A stretch of 64,000 nt of DNA, from the NCBI GenBank assembly GCA_001643675.2, contig LSRY02000002.1, positions 434,001-498,000 of the forward strand, given 5' to 3'. The position numbers and the translations under genes are program-made. This DNA is from Monocercomonoides exilis PA203. Taxonomy: Eukaryota > Protista > Preaxostyla. Positions 48,450 through 60,299 of this stretch are shown in pieces (the first letter of the stretch is position 1; every line of letters starts with the position of its first letter). Under the pieces are notes generated by a model. The model saw only the letters and a list, made by a program, of their open reading frames with translations, made no database searches and was not told the origin of the DNA.

Positions 48450-51400
48450 TTAATGTGATGACAAATCATCAATAAAATTAAATATATTTTGAAGTGAAGA
48501 ATTGTCTGAAAGCAGTTCATTAATGACTTTTTCCGTATAAGATTGGATGCCTGTATCGAAATGTGATGAAGTGGACGATTTTCCATCAGCTTTATATGAT
48601 GAAGCGCTCAACTGCCTCTTGAATATTATGCTTGCTGCAGTAAATCGGATGAAGTGGTGCACAGCTAAAGCAGAAGGAATAGAGTGATGCTTAGCAAATT
48701 GAATGGCGATAAACAAGATTGAAAGAGAAAGACGAGAAAGCGAAAGAAAAGAAGAGAGATTTTGAGGCAGCGAAGACACGAAAGGAGAAGACGGGTGGAG
48801 CACAGGCACATCCACTTCCTCGCCAAGTGCAAAATTAGATAATGCATTGTCCCATTTGAGAGAACTTAAGATTGTTTGAAGAGAAGGCAATAGAGATGAT
48901 ATGGCAGCACATTGAGGCAGGCTCTGTTGAAGAGGCTTTTGAGGAGAGGCAGTTGTGATAAGACGGGTTGATAAAGCCGATCTGGAAGCTCCCATTTTGA
49001 GTCTGTTCATCAGAGATAGCTCAGAAGATGATGTGGATGGGGCAGATTGAAGTGCTTGGTGGCTTGTGGAAGAAGAAGAAGAAGAAGAAGAATGTTCAAA
49101 AGCAGTTGACGATGAAGAAGACAAAGACAAAAATGGTTCTTTCCCGAAAAGTGTGGTGACAAGATTCGTCCATTGGCTTTTGACATGTGGTGGAGCAGCT
49201 GATGAAGCGTGTGAAGTTGGCAAAGAATGAATGAGAAACAGAAGATTTGCTGACACTTTGAACAAAATCAGAGACGAATTGACAGCAAACTCTATTTGGG
49301 ATGCATCAAACAATGCAATCTGCTTGCTGGTTCGTTCAGAATCAAAAGAAGATGAGCCAAAAGAAGAAGAGGAAGAAGAGGAAGAAGCTGAAGCTTCTGT
49401 TGATAAAGCAGTTGCTGTTGAAGTGAATTTCGATTCAAATTGTGAAAAAGATTTGCTTTCAGTTGTACTGTCATCAATTGTCCATCTGTGGCGATAAAGC
49501 AGACGAGGATTCGATGGGCGAATGAAAAATGAAGTGAACAGCTTGTTTTTCATTGTTTGAGAGGAAGAAGATAGCAGTCGATGAAGCAAGACAAGAATGA
49601 GAAACAGAGGAGAACACGACAAAACGCTTGACTGTTTTGAGAGAAATGAATCATTTTGCTCAGAAAACGATAAGCTGTCTCTTTCCTGAACATTTTGTTC
49701 AAACAGCTGTTGAGATTGCATTGGCACAAAGGAAGAAGAGGAGGAAAAGGAAGAGGAAAACATTTCACGAGATGGAGAAGTAACTTGTGAAGGCAGTGGC
49801 TGACCACTTAGAGAGTTAATTGAAGGAACAAACAAGTTCTGAGACTCCATTTCAGGTGATTGAGATTGGGATTGTGATTGGGGGAGTGAAGTGCAGGCTT
49901 GTTGGTGCTGATCCAACACAGAACAAGCAGTGTATATTGAAGACTTGTGTAGAGAACTGGCAGCCTTCTGCTTGTCAACCAGCCATCTCAGCCAATCTTC
50001 GCCAGCTGTAAAGCAAAGCACCAGGTCTCTGAAAAGCAGCTGAGTCGAATGAGAAGCAAAGAGCGATGCTTCTGAATTATGAGCATCAACAGCAAGAGCC
50101 ATCGCGTTCATAGCTGAGACTAATCCCTGCTGAAGCTGTGCAATCTGAGAAGAGTGCTGGTTGGTGAGTGTCTTCACATACACGGCAAGATTGTCGAAGT
50201 GAAAGAACGAAGTGTCCAGCAAGGAGAAGAAGATGTCCATGAGAAGTGGCTGAAATGACGAAGGAAACAGATTTTGTGGTGGTGAAATCTGGAATGACTT
50301 GTCAATGAATGAAGAAGAAGAAGAAGTGGTAGGAGTTGTGGATGAAGAGGAAGATATTGAAGTGAAAGAAGTGAACGCAGAAGATGATGGCGAAGTGAGA
50401 GAGGCGATTGGAGGCAATGACTGCTTTCCAGAAGCAGATGTTTGGTGCTCTTTGTCAACACTCATCAAATTATCAAGCAAATCGAATGAAGCAGCAGAAC
50501 CAAAAGAATGAGAGAGAAAATCAACAGTTGTGATAATCGCCTTTGATAGAAGGAAAGATGACTTGTAGCTGACATACAGAAAAGCTAAATGAGAAGACAA
50601 AGTGGCAGATGATGTGTTGTCTGCAGCAGTCATATCGAAAGGAAGATCCGTCAGCCCCAAATGCGATGCTGTTCTTCGAGTTATCTTTCTTATTTCTGGA
50701 AACTGAGCTGCAATGTCTGCTGATTTTGGAATGGAGCGTATCAAAAATACAAGTAATGAGATGTTGCTTTGAGAGCTGTGCTTGATGTCAAGAGTGGCCA
50801 TGTTTTCTAAGCATTGCAGTTCATCTTTCAGTCTGCTTGGCTCCGCTGTTGATAAAAAGTTCTGTTCGTTCTGTTTGTCTTTCTCGTATTCGGTCAATTG
50901 CAGTTGCTTAGAGCATGTTTTTGAATCAAGTTCAGTTCCTTTCAGCATTTTCCTTTCATCAGAAGCGTCTTCAGCAATTAAACGCCGAATATCGCAAACT
51001 GCATCTGTTTGCAGAAGTTGCAGCATCGCCAGCAAATCAAACAGAGTATTGCAACAAGTGATTCGATGAGCTAAAGCCATTTGAGAAGGAGAAAGGCAGA
51101 GCTCTTGATCAAGCTGTGAATCGTGATCTTTGACTGAATATCCAACAGACGATAAAGAAGAAAGACAGCTGAAATGCGGGAAAGGCATCTGCGGATTTTT
51201 TCGCTCTGAAGTCGCCATAAACATTGAAGCATCTGATAATGAACTTCCAATTGCAAAGCCAAATATCGCTGAAGACGGAGCAAGTTGTTCCACAGCCTTA
51301 TTAAAAGCATGCCAAAACAAACCCTCGCAAACGTAGTTGCTCTGCGAAGAGATGTCAAACTTTGCTGATTGAGCACTTGGCAACGAAAAAGGAGAAATTA

Positions 51401-52370
51401 AAGAGTGAGAAAAACTCGACAAAGGTGACGAAGCACTTTCGTTGCAAAGTCTGCCTGGAGACATTTGATTTGACTTCAATTTGCTTTTGTATGAATGGCT
51501 AGTTGCAGGTGATGAATGAAGTGGTGTATGGTAATCAAATCGCTGCCCTAACGCAAAGCAACCTTCTTTGAATGATTTTTCACAAAGCGATGCTGTAGCA
51601 AATGAATAAAATGTGAATTGTTTGTCAAGCTTTTGAAGTTGAGAGTTTGTAATTTGTAAGGCTTTTGCTGTTTGTTGGGGTAAAGCCTTCTGTTCGAAGA
51701 ATGTTATATTTGGATGTTTGTGTCCTGCATTGTATATTTGATTTATGATAGTTTTGTCAAAGTGAAATTGTTCGAGGATATTGTTCAATATCCAAAAACA
51801 AATACAAGTTGATTGATGAAGTAAGAAAAATTCTGATTTAAAAATAGATTGGAGTAGATAACGAGAAGGTAAAGAATATTCTATTACCAAGCAGCATTTT
51901 ATGAATGCTTTCCAAATAGAATGACTTTTATCATTTGAACAAAGGCACTCATCTGATAATAATAACATTAAGAGAGAATTAATTACTTTACATAGTTCGA
52001 TAAAAAGTTGATTTAACGCTGAAAAAATTGTTTCTGTAGATAAGAGTTGTGTTGGGCGTTCTGTAATATCTTTCAATTTTCCAAAAAAAGAAATCCAAAT
52101 CATTACAAAATTATAAAGCATAATCCTCGAGCTAAGGGTGAAAGAATCCGACGAAAATGAACCATTTATTGAACCCAAAAATGTTCTTAATTTTGAAAAG
52201 AATGTTGTTACTGAAATAATTTCATTCAATTCTATGTTGACGTTTTTATCAAATACATTTTGAGAAGATTCGTGAAGGATGTGTGTAATATGACTGCACA
52301 ATCGAAACATTTTAAGAAAACATTGAATTTTTTTTTCTGAAATGTGTTTTAAAAAGTTAAAAATTACCAA
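48450..52370 (-). CDS. Large Ser/Leu-rich protein of unknown function (5' exon probably upstream of 52370)
   Basis: 1306-aa open frame with helical, hydrophobic segments; no family recognised. Confidence 0.7.
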   Translation of the reverse strand: MVIFNFLKHISEKKIQCFLKMFRLCSHITHILHESSQNVFDKNVNIELNEIISVTTFFSKLRTFLGSINGSFSSDSFTLSSRIMLYNFVMIWISFFGKLKDITERPTQLLSTETIFSALNQLFIELCKVINSLLMLLLSDECLCSNDKSHSIWKAFIKCCLVIEYSLPSRYLLQSIFKSEFFLLHQSTCICFWILNNILEQFHFDKTIINQIYNAGHKHPNITFFEQKALPQQTAKALQITNSQLQKLDKQFTFYSFATASLCEKSFKEGCFALGQRFDYHTPLHSSPATSHSYKSKLKSNQMSPGRLCNESASSPLSSFSHSLISPFSLPSAQSAKFDISSQSNYVCEGLFWHAFNKAVEQLAPSSAIFGFAIGSSLSDASMFMATSERKNPQMPFPHFSCLSSLSSVGYSVKDHDSQLDQELCLSPSQMALAHRITCCNTLFDLLAMLQLLQTDAVCDIRRLIAEDASDERKMLKGTELDSKTCSKQLQLTEYEKDKQNEQNFLSTAEPSRLKDELQCLENMATLDIKHSSQSNISLLVFLIRSIPKSADIAAQFPEIRKITRRTASHLGLTDLPFDMTAADNTSSATLSSHLAFLYVSYKSSFLLSKAIITTVDFLSHSFGSAASFDLLDNLMSVDKEHQTSASGKQSLPPIASLTSPSSSAFTSFTSISSSSSTTPTTSSSSSFIDKSFQISPPQNLFPSSFQPLLMDIFFSLLDTSFFHFDNLAVYVKTLTNQHSSQIAQLQQGLVSAMNAMALAVDAHNSEASLFASHSTQLLFRDLVLCFTAGEDWLRWLVDKQKAASSLHKSSIYTACSVLDQHQQACTSLPQSQSQSQSPEMESQNLFVPSINSLSGQPLPSQVTSPSREMFSSSFSSSSSFVPMQSQQLFEQNVQERDSLSFSEQNDSFLSKQSSVLSCSPLFLILVLLHRLLSSSSQTMKNKLFTSFFIRPSNPRLLYRHRWTIDDSTTESKSFSQFESKFTSTATALSTEASASSSSSSSSFGSSSFDSERTSKQIALFDASQIEFAVNSSLILFKVSANLLFLIHSLPTSHASSAAPPHVKSQWTNLVTTLFGKEPFLSLSSSSSTAFEHSSSSSSSSTSHQALQSAPSTSSSELSLMNRLKMGASRSALSTRLITTASPQKPLQQSLPQCAAISSLLPSLQTILSSLKWDNALSNFALGEEVDVPVLHPSSPFVSSLPQNLSSFLSLSRLSLSILFIAIQFAKHHSIPSALAVHHFIRFTAASIIFKRQLSASSYKADGKSSTSSHFDTGIQSYTEKVINELLSDNSSLQNIFNFIDDLSSH

Positions 52371-52665
52371 GTATTCAATTATTAGAATTTTTCAGTTATT
52401 GATGCAAACGAGATGTTTCTGTCTGAATATGCGACAGAGTCAAAATGCATGAACGAAGAGGTAAAATGTCTGGCAACGCATCCATAAATTTTAGCCTAAT
52501 CTTCTTTAAGCTTTTTATTTTTCAAAAATTAAAATTGTTCCAGTTTTAACAAAAAGAAATGGGAAGCCGACACCGATCATGAAATAACTGTCATTAACAA
52601 TGACTTGAGATTGAAGAGCATATAAGGTTCAATATAATATTTCTTTTGTTATCCAATTTACCATT

Positions 52666-53874
52666 TCAAGTTTCCACATCCATCTTTTTCGTTTCTTCCT
52701 TTTCTATGTCTTCTTCCATTCCTATTTGAAGATGTGTGAGTGTCCATTGATTTTGCTTGTATTTTTTTACAAGTTCGGAATATGTTTTCACCATTTCTGG
52801 AAATCCAAGTCCAACTGAATGATAGACAGTCAGCTGCCCTTTCATTCGTCCAATTTCTGCTTCTGCAAATGTAATATCAGATGAAACCTGCTTTTGTATT
52901 GAGGATAAAACACTAATTGTCTCTGGATTGTACGTTGATTCGTAATAAGCATAGCGGATTTTTCTACATTTTCAAAATCATGGATGTTCAAATTTTAACA
53001 ATATTGAAATTTAATGATAAATTGAATATCACACTCAATTTTCTTTTCCAAAACTTCGATCTCAGTGGCTAACATCTTGCATAACGCCTTTTAAGTTGAA
53101 AAATTGATTATAATTTCAAAATAAAAAATAAAAAATAATTATAATAAAATTAAAAAAAATACCTCGTGAAATTTTTTTGTTCTTATAAGTTTAAAATTCT
53201 GAACCATAGAGACGAGAATTTTCAAAGATCCTTGTAATTTCTTCAAATATTTTTTATTCTTCAAGCAAAAAAAAATTAAAAAACTCTTTAACTTACCTCT
53301 GTTAATCCCCAAAATGTCTTGTATGTCAACTTCTCCGAATTCAACATCTCAGAATAAAATTGTTGATTTTTTATCTTTGATTGAGTAATAACTTCTTGAA
53401 ATTCTGTGAAAGTCGTTGGAGTTTTTGTATTATTCAATTCTGAAACAACTGATGACTTCATTAGTGACGCTAATTTTTCTGAGAACGACTCAATGAGCGC
53501 TTTTGTAAGCATAATTTTTATATTTTCTTTTGATGTCTCTTGTTGCTTCGAATCTCCAAGAAGTTCAAGAATGTCATCTTTTGTTTGTGCAAATGGAGCC
53601 GGATGCAATCCGTCTGAAGATTCGATTTTATCGCTTGCACATACTGTTTGAAGTATATCTGCACGAAGTAAGGCATCATCGATAAGCTAATAAGACGAAA
53701 TAAAAAAAAAAAAATTACGTGCACGCAACAAACAAGGGATGAAGATTCTGTTGTTCTTGATGCAAGTGATCCGCGCAAAACAAGTGTTTTAGCTTCGTTT
53801 AACAGTAACACTTTTTTAAAATACTTAACTTTAGATAAAAAAAGAGTTTTCTTAATTTCTTCATACGAAGACAT
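52666..53874 (-). CDS. HAUS4: Augmin/HAUS complex subunit 4-like, multi-exon
   Basis: The last exon (not in the ORF track) reads KIRYAYYESTYNPETISVLSSIQ..GQLTVYHSVGLGFPEMVKTYSELVKKYKQNQWTL..VET*, matching the HAUS4 C-terminal pattern (TYT.E....I...L..Y..VG..F..LV..Y..L......QW.L). ORFs 53288 and 53518 supply upstream exons. Confidence 0.65.
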
Positions 53875-54155
53875 TTTTTGTTATGGTAATGATTTAAAAG
53901 ATTGTGTGTGATTCGCGAAATATTTCAAAATCTCGTCTTTCCAAATAGTTATTAAGAAAAATGCGTCATATAAAATTAATGGCTCAAACTTTCATTTTAT
54001 TTAAAGATTTAAATCGTAATTTTTATGGAAAAAATAAATGATAACCGTTCAATAATTATCGATCAAATAGTTAGAAAATGAATGATGAGAGAAATGAGAA
54101 AAGACATGAATACAATGATTCCAACGAACGGAATACAAATGTAACAAATAGTCAT

Positions 54156-56486
54156 TTATGCAACAGTTTTTGGTTTAACGAAGATTGGAGCTAACACAAG
54201 GGTAATGGTTGACAAAAGCTTAATAAGAACGTGAATAGATGGACCGGCTGTATCTTTGCATGGATCACCAACAGTATCACCAGTAACTGATGCCTTGTGT
54301 GCATCGCTTCCTTTGCCTCCGTAGTTGCCCATTTCGATGAATTTCTTTGAGTTATCCCATGCACCACCAGCATTGTTCAAGAACAGACCAACAAGCACAC
54401 CAGTCATTGTGGCAACCATCAACATTGATCCCAACACACGTGCTCCAAGGATGTTGTCGCGTCCTGATCCAATAAGACGGAATGTCAGGCCAAGAACAAT
54501 TGGAGTAAGGATAATTAAAAGAGCTGGACGGATCATTTCCTTCAATGCAGCTTTTGTGACAATAGCAACGCAATGTTGATAATCTGGTTGTTCTGTGTAG
54601 TTCATAATACCTGGCTTTTCAGCAAATTGTTTGTTGACTTCACGAATAATTTCTTGTGCAGCATTTCCGACAGCATTTATAGCCCATGAAGAGAACAGAT
54701 ACACAGTCATTCCACCAATCAATCCACCGCAGAAGACTTCTGATGTTCCCAAATCAACAGTGATTTCGGTGTCTGATTCGCCAACAAGAAGCTTGACAGT
54801 GTCGAGGAAAGCAGAGAACAAAAGGAATGTTGCAAGAGCAGCTGATCCGACGGCATATCCTTTTGTGAGTGCTTTTGTTGTGTTACCAACAGCATCAAGA
54901 CGATCTGTACGGGCACGGATGTGTTCTGGTTGCATTGACATTTCAACAACACCTCCTGCATTATCGGAAATAGGACCAAAGGTATCCATTCCCAAAACAA
55001 AGGCAACAACCATCAACATTCCCATGGTTCCTGAAGCTGTTCCAAAGAAACCTGCTCCTGGAATGCAGAAATCACCAAGATAGTAGCATCCAACAATGGC
55101 TGCGCAAATCACCAACACGGGAAGGCAAGTTGATTCCATACCAACAGCCATACCTGCAATGATGTTGGTTGCATGTCCGGTTTCTGATGCCTTGGCAATG
55201 GATTTAACTGGACGGAAACGATAGTCAGTGTAATATTGAGTAATGAAAACGAACAGCAATGAAATGCCGATACCAATAAGACCACATGTTCCAAATGCCC
55301 ACCAAGCATTTGGATATGATGGATGATGAAGGCACAAATACGAAACAAGGTAGATGCCAACAGCGCAAAGAGCTGCAGTAACACCAAATCCTCTCAAAAG
55401 ACCATACATTGGATCTTCAGCTTGAGCTTCCAGGGATTCAATATCGGCATATGAGCCAAAAGCTGAAGTGGCTTCAGCTGAAGATGATTCTCCTGTTTTT
55501 GGTGCAGCTGGTGCTTCTTTCTTTGGTCCTTCCTTTGAATAAACGCAGAGGATTCCAATCATTGAGCTCAACAAACCGAATGAACGAACAACAAGTGGGA
55601 AAAGAACATAACCGGCCATTGATCTTCCTTCAAATTTGTGGAGTGCTGCAACTGTTCCTCCAATAACCATAGCTCCGATGTTTTCTGCAGCAGTTGATTC
55701 GAAAAGATCAGCACCACGACCAGCGCAATCTCCAACATTGTCACCCACAAGATCTGCAATCACAGCTGGGTTACGAGGATCATCTTCTGGAATATCGTTG
55801 TTGACTTTTCCGACAAGATCGCATCCGACATCTGCTGCCTTGGTGTAGATACCTCCACCAAGCTGAGCAAACAAAGCAACAAAAGATGCACCAAATCCAT
55901 ATCCCACGATGACATTTGAAAGAACGCTCAACTTCACATTGGGGAAGAAGGCATGGACAAATGCAAACATTGTTGTAACACCAAATAATGAGAGTGTAAC
56001 AATCAGCATCCCTGAGAAAGAACCTCCACGGAAAGCAACCTTGATTGCTTCATTGGAAGAAATCATAACGGCTGCAGCACAACGAACATTCGTTCTCACG
56101 GACACCCACATTCCAAACCATCCCGAAAGCCCAGAGCACAAAGCTCCAAGACAGAAGGCGATTGCGCTAATGAGTCCCATGACAACGCGTGAGAATTCCT
56201 TTCCATCATAGGTTTCAATTCCAGCAGTTGAGCCGGGAACGAACAGGTAAATACAGAAGATAATCACAGCAACGGGCACAGCAAATGCTGTAATTGTTGT
56301 GTATTGTGTTTTTAAGAAGCCAAAAGCTCCTTCGCGAATTGGATCGGAAACAGCTTTCATTTCCTTTGGTCCTTCATCGTGGCGCATAACCCATTTGAAA
56401 AGCCAGTAGATGTAAAAGCAACATCCAAGGCATACAACCATAACCATGGCTATAAAGCCCCAAATCCATGAATCAGTTGAATTCAT
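54156..56486 (-). CDS. Membrane H+-translocating pyrophosphatase, K+-independent type; intronless
   Basis: Motifs GGGIYTKAADVGCDLVGK, IPEDDPRNPAVIADLVGDNVGDCAG, GNTTKA, NNAGGAWDNSKK and GDTVGDPCKDTAGPS, with many TM helices. Confidence 0.97.
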   Translation of the reverse strand: MNSTDSWIWGFIAMVMVVCLGCCFYIYWLFKWVMRHDEGPKEMKAVSDPIREGAFGFLKTQYTTITAFAVPVAVIIFCIYLFVPGSTAGIETYDGKEFSRVVMGLISAIAFCLGALCSGLSGWFGMWVSVRTNVRCAAAVMISSNEAIKVAFRGGSFSGMLIVTLSLFGVTTMFAFVHAFFPNVKLSVLSNVIVGYGFGASFVALFAQLGGGIYTKAADVGCDLVGKVNNDIPEDDPRNPAVIADLVGDNVGDCAGRGADLFESTAAENIGAMVIGGTVAALHKFEGRSMAGYVLFPLVVRSFGLLSSMIGILCVYSKEGPKKEAPAAPKTGESSSAEATSAFGSYADIESLEAQAEDPMYGLLRGFGVTAALCAVGIYLVSYLCLHHPSYPNAWWAFGTCGLIGIGISLLFVFITQYYTDYRFRPVKSIAKASETGHATNIIAGMAVGMESTCLPVLVICAAIVGCYYLGDFCIPGAGFFGTASGTMGMLMVVAFVLGMDTFGPISDNAGGVVEMSMQPEHIRARTDRLDAVGNTTKALTKGYAVGSAALATFLLFSAFLDTVKLLVGESDTEITVDLGTSEVFCGGLIGGMTVYLFSSWAINAVGNAAQEIIREVNKQFAEKPGIMNYTEQPDYQHCVAIVTKAALKEMIRPALLIILTPIVLGLTFRLIGSGRDNILGARVLGSMLMVATMTGVLVGLFLNNAGGAWDNSKKFIEMGNYGGKGSDAHKASVTGDTVGDPCKDTAGPSIHVLIKLLSTITLVLAPIFVKPKTVA

Positions 56487-56582
56487 TTTGATCGAAACTT
56501 CAATTTGATCAATTATTTCCTTAACTGTTTGAAATATAACGTAAAATGGGAAACGATCAGATATTTTTGGTAAAAAAGTTCA
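56487..56582. promoter_or_regulatory. Putative compact bidirectional promoter (96 bp) between the H+-PPase and RPL23 genes
   Basis: Divergent ATGs at 56486 (-) and 56583 (+). Confidence 0.55.
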
Positions 56583-57127
56583 ATGTCAGATAAAAAACCA
56601 CGCGGACGTGTTGGATCAACCGGAAACAAAATGCGTATGACTCTTGGTCTCCCAACCAGCTCAAGAATCAATTGCGCAGACAACACTGGAGCCAAGGAAA
56701 TGAATGTTATTGCTGTGAAATGCATTCAGGGAAGACTTAACCGTCTGCCTGCTGCTAGCGTTGCAGAAATGTGCGTTGCTTCATGCCGTAAGGGTAAGCC
56801 CGAATATAGGAAGAAAGGTATTTGACTTCTTTATTGTTTGGAAAATTATTTAATCTAAAACTTTTTGTTGAACTTTTCAAATTTTTATTGAAATTTTTAA
56901 TGACTCATGATGATGATTCGTATTTATCAGTTGTTCCAATCATTATTGTTCGTCAAAGAAGACCGTGGCATCGTCAAGATGGAACATACATTTACATGGA
57001 AGATAATGCATGTGTGATTTGCAACCCCAAGGGAGAAATGAAGGGAACACAGATTACTGGACCAGTTGCAAAAGAAGCAGCTGAAATTTGGCCCAAAGTT
57101 TCCAGCCATTCAGATGCCATTGTCTAA
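56583..57127 (+). CDS. RPL23: 60S ribosomal protein L23 (uL14); intron ~56818-56930
   Basis: Reads [38 protein letters not shown]|[54 protein letters not shown]. Confidence 0.97.
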
Positions 57128-57429
57128 GATCATCTCATTTTTTTCTCATATCAAGATTAAATACGAATCTTTTTGAACAAAAACACGTTCGAATGGAATT
57201 TTCTTTTTCTTTCATTTGATTTTCAACTTAATTTGCGCGTGGTGATTTGTTGATCGAGAAGAAATCTAACTCATTCGTTTCATATGCACAAAATACAAAA
57301 TGTGAAATTAACACTCTAGAGTCTTTTTAAAAAAAGCATAATTTCTGCTAAATTTTAACCTTGTAATTTTCTAACGCAATAAGAAAGAAAAACTTAAAGT
57401 GAATTGGATAATGGATTGATTAATAATTT

Positions 57430-59681
57430 CTATAAATCAACTTTAACTTCTGAATTTTTTCCTTTTTCAAGGATAATGGAATCGTCTGAAGCTACATTCT
57501 TTGTTTGGGTTTTTGCTGATTTCTCTTGTGAACTATTTGGTATTGTCGCATTCAAGTCATTTTTGTCATTTGTTAACTGCTTCGTTTCTTTCACATTTTT
57601 CTCAATATCATTTTTATGTGCTGATTTCTCAGAAGCTTCAGGCGAATAAGTACTATCAGCAGGATTCTTAGAAGGACGAATTGTCGAGTAATCAAAAGAA
57701 GGGATTCGAAGGGAAGCAACTGGAGTCAGTTGGCCGGGCCGTGGGTGAGGAGAAGGGTATGTGTTGATTGGATATAGTGGATGATCAGATCCGCGACGAA
57801 CAGGAGGATATCTCGTCATGCGCTCAGCTTCGTTATCAAAAGCATCGACTTCCTTTTCCATTTCAATTACTTTCTTGTTCACGTGTAATGGAAACAAAAG
57901 TGGACTCTTCTTTTGTTCGCCTTTGTTGTATGTGGCATCCAAATGTTCACTCAAAAATTGCTTCATCTGTTCCGTCGAATGCCAGACGTCACATTTAATT
58001 GGGTTGGATTTGTTTGCAGTTGTGAAAAGATAAAGTGCAGGAAGATCTGTCAGCACTGGAGTTTCCACTGGAAGTGTGTTGCGCGACATGTCCATCTCTG
58101 CAATGACCAAGTGGTCTGCAGTACTTTTGGTGAAATTCTGATTCCTGCATTTATTATTCTTCCCTGCATTCCAGTTATGAAGATCTGTCGCGATCCGATA
58201 GAACAAAGGCTCGTTCCGAACGCACATCCTGCAGTTGGGGGAAGTAAAGCGGACAAAAACATCATTAGACGAGTTTATAACTTCCTTAATAAAGTTATTC
58301 CCTGTTAACTTCATCGCATAAGAAAAAGGTGATCTTTCTGTTTCAGAAAGTGAATCTGATGTTATGTTGGGCTTCACTTGATTGCTCAAAACTGATTCAA
58401 TGAATTTTCCAATGGCATTCCCATCCAGCTGAGCTCCTTCGATCGGGCAAATGTAATGAAGCAGTGGCTGAAGACGCAAAAGAGGAGGGTCAGTTTTACT
58501 ATCTTTTCGTTGTCCAATATGTACATTTCTAGAAGATGGATGAATTTGAATCCGCGCTCTGCCGCTACGCAACATTTTCCGCCTTTGCTCCCATTCGGCA
58601 GCTTCATCCACAACTTTTGTCACTTTTTCAATAACAAATGTTGGAAGTTCACTCCCAGACACACCTAACGTCGCTCCATATCCGCTAAATTTTTCTCTCT
58701 CTACAATATGAAATGATATATTTTTTCGATATTTCTCCGCAAATGGCAGGAGCATGCTCCTAAACTTGGTGAAAAATGGGTTTGGCAGATCCTGGCTTGC
58801 AGTTGAAGAAAGAATGTTTGGTTCAGAGGTAGAAGGAGTTGACGAAGAAGGTTGATGAGATGGAGGAGAATAAACAAAAAGATATCCAATATAAGATGGA
58901 CTATTTTCTTCTGGAAAATGAGAATAGAACATAAATGATGGATCACCTTCATAAATTAGAGGTCTTACATGCTCTTTTTCGAAAGAAAGGAGTTCGTTTT
59001 CATTCCATTTTCCATCTTTCTCGCTTGATTGAAAGTGCTCTGAAATATTATCAAATCCGTGATGAACAACTAGAGATGATTTTTGAAGTAATGGATCAAT
59101 AACTGCAATTCTTACAGCAGCAGAAGGATGAGAAAAAGTAGAATTGAATGCAATAAATTCAGTGCAACTATCATTCGGAAATGAACCAATAATTGAATAA
59201 TAATATCGTTGGCTAAAAAATATTGCATCAGTTTGGTTTTTAAAATAAGTGCATAAAGGAAGAAGATTCTCTTTTAAGTATTTGATAACGCCTTCTGCTG
59301 AACGTTCTCCATCGAAAACACTTTGTATTCCCTTTCTGAAAATAAATTAAAAATATTTGCGTGTGATTTTAAATAATAAAATATTCCACACTGGAAAAAT
59401 AAAACAGTAGGATAGCCAGATTTCACATAAATTCCATTCAAATCTTTTTCAACCTCACAATTAACCCGTGCTAATGTGACTGAAGTATCATTTATTAATG
59501 TTGATGCTTTTTCATATTCGGGAATAAATTGCTTGCAGTAAGGACACCATGTTGTGTAAAATAATACCATAGTTGGTCCGGTAGATATAACTGAAGAGAA
59601 ATTTTGAAAAGAAAGTTGGACAACATCTTTTGATATGCATGTTTGAAAGAATGAAATGGTCAAAATAAAATGTAATATCAT
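57430..59681 (-). CDS. Protein disulfide isomerase family protein; one intron near 59335-59392
   Basis: Signal peptide; a domain FYTTWCPYCK..LARVNC..GYPTVLFF|QKG..FDGERSAEGVIKYL; b-type region; a' domain FTSPNCRMC..VIAEMDMSRN; C-terminal KVDL resembling an ER-retention signal. Confidence 0.85.
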
Positions 59682-60266
59682 GATTCTTTGATATTTCAGA
59701 TTTTATTTTTGATCTTTCATATAATGCTAAACGAATTCAGAGAAAATTTTTTTTCCATTTATGAATAATCAATGTGAAGAAACATTCCGATAAATGCATG
59801 TTTGAATTCAAATAAAATTTTTATAAACAACTTCCTTTGTTAATGAAGAAGAGAAAAATTCGTTCGCGCTAAAAGCATTTTGAGTATATTGAAGATTTAG
59901 TGTTTGTGAAAAGTGAGGATATGGCACAAATACACAATATGTGTATTAAAAATTTTGATTTAATAATTATTTTGGAAGATCTATTCGGTTAATGAAAGTG
60001 TTAAGTATGTTAGGTTTTGGAAAAAGTGATTTTTTCATGAAAAGATTAAAAAATTATATTTTTAATTGAATTGATATGTTCTAAATACAATAAATTTACT
60101 CTTTTTCCAACACCAAAATAAACTAAATCCTTTCTTTATGATATATTTTTTTGCACTTATGGATCTTTTTCATCTCTAATCCTTTTGATATCAATGATAT
60201 GTCTATTTTCTTCGTTTTCTTTATTCTCATTATCAATTTCCAATTCAAATTTTTCTTAAAATTGAA

Positions 60267-60299
<33 letters not shown>

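Noticed and set aside
56818-56930. Box C/D snoRNA in the RPL23 intron (ATGATGA)
   Set aside because: The motif lies at the 3' end of the intron with no downstream CTGA box D or terminal stem.
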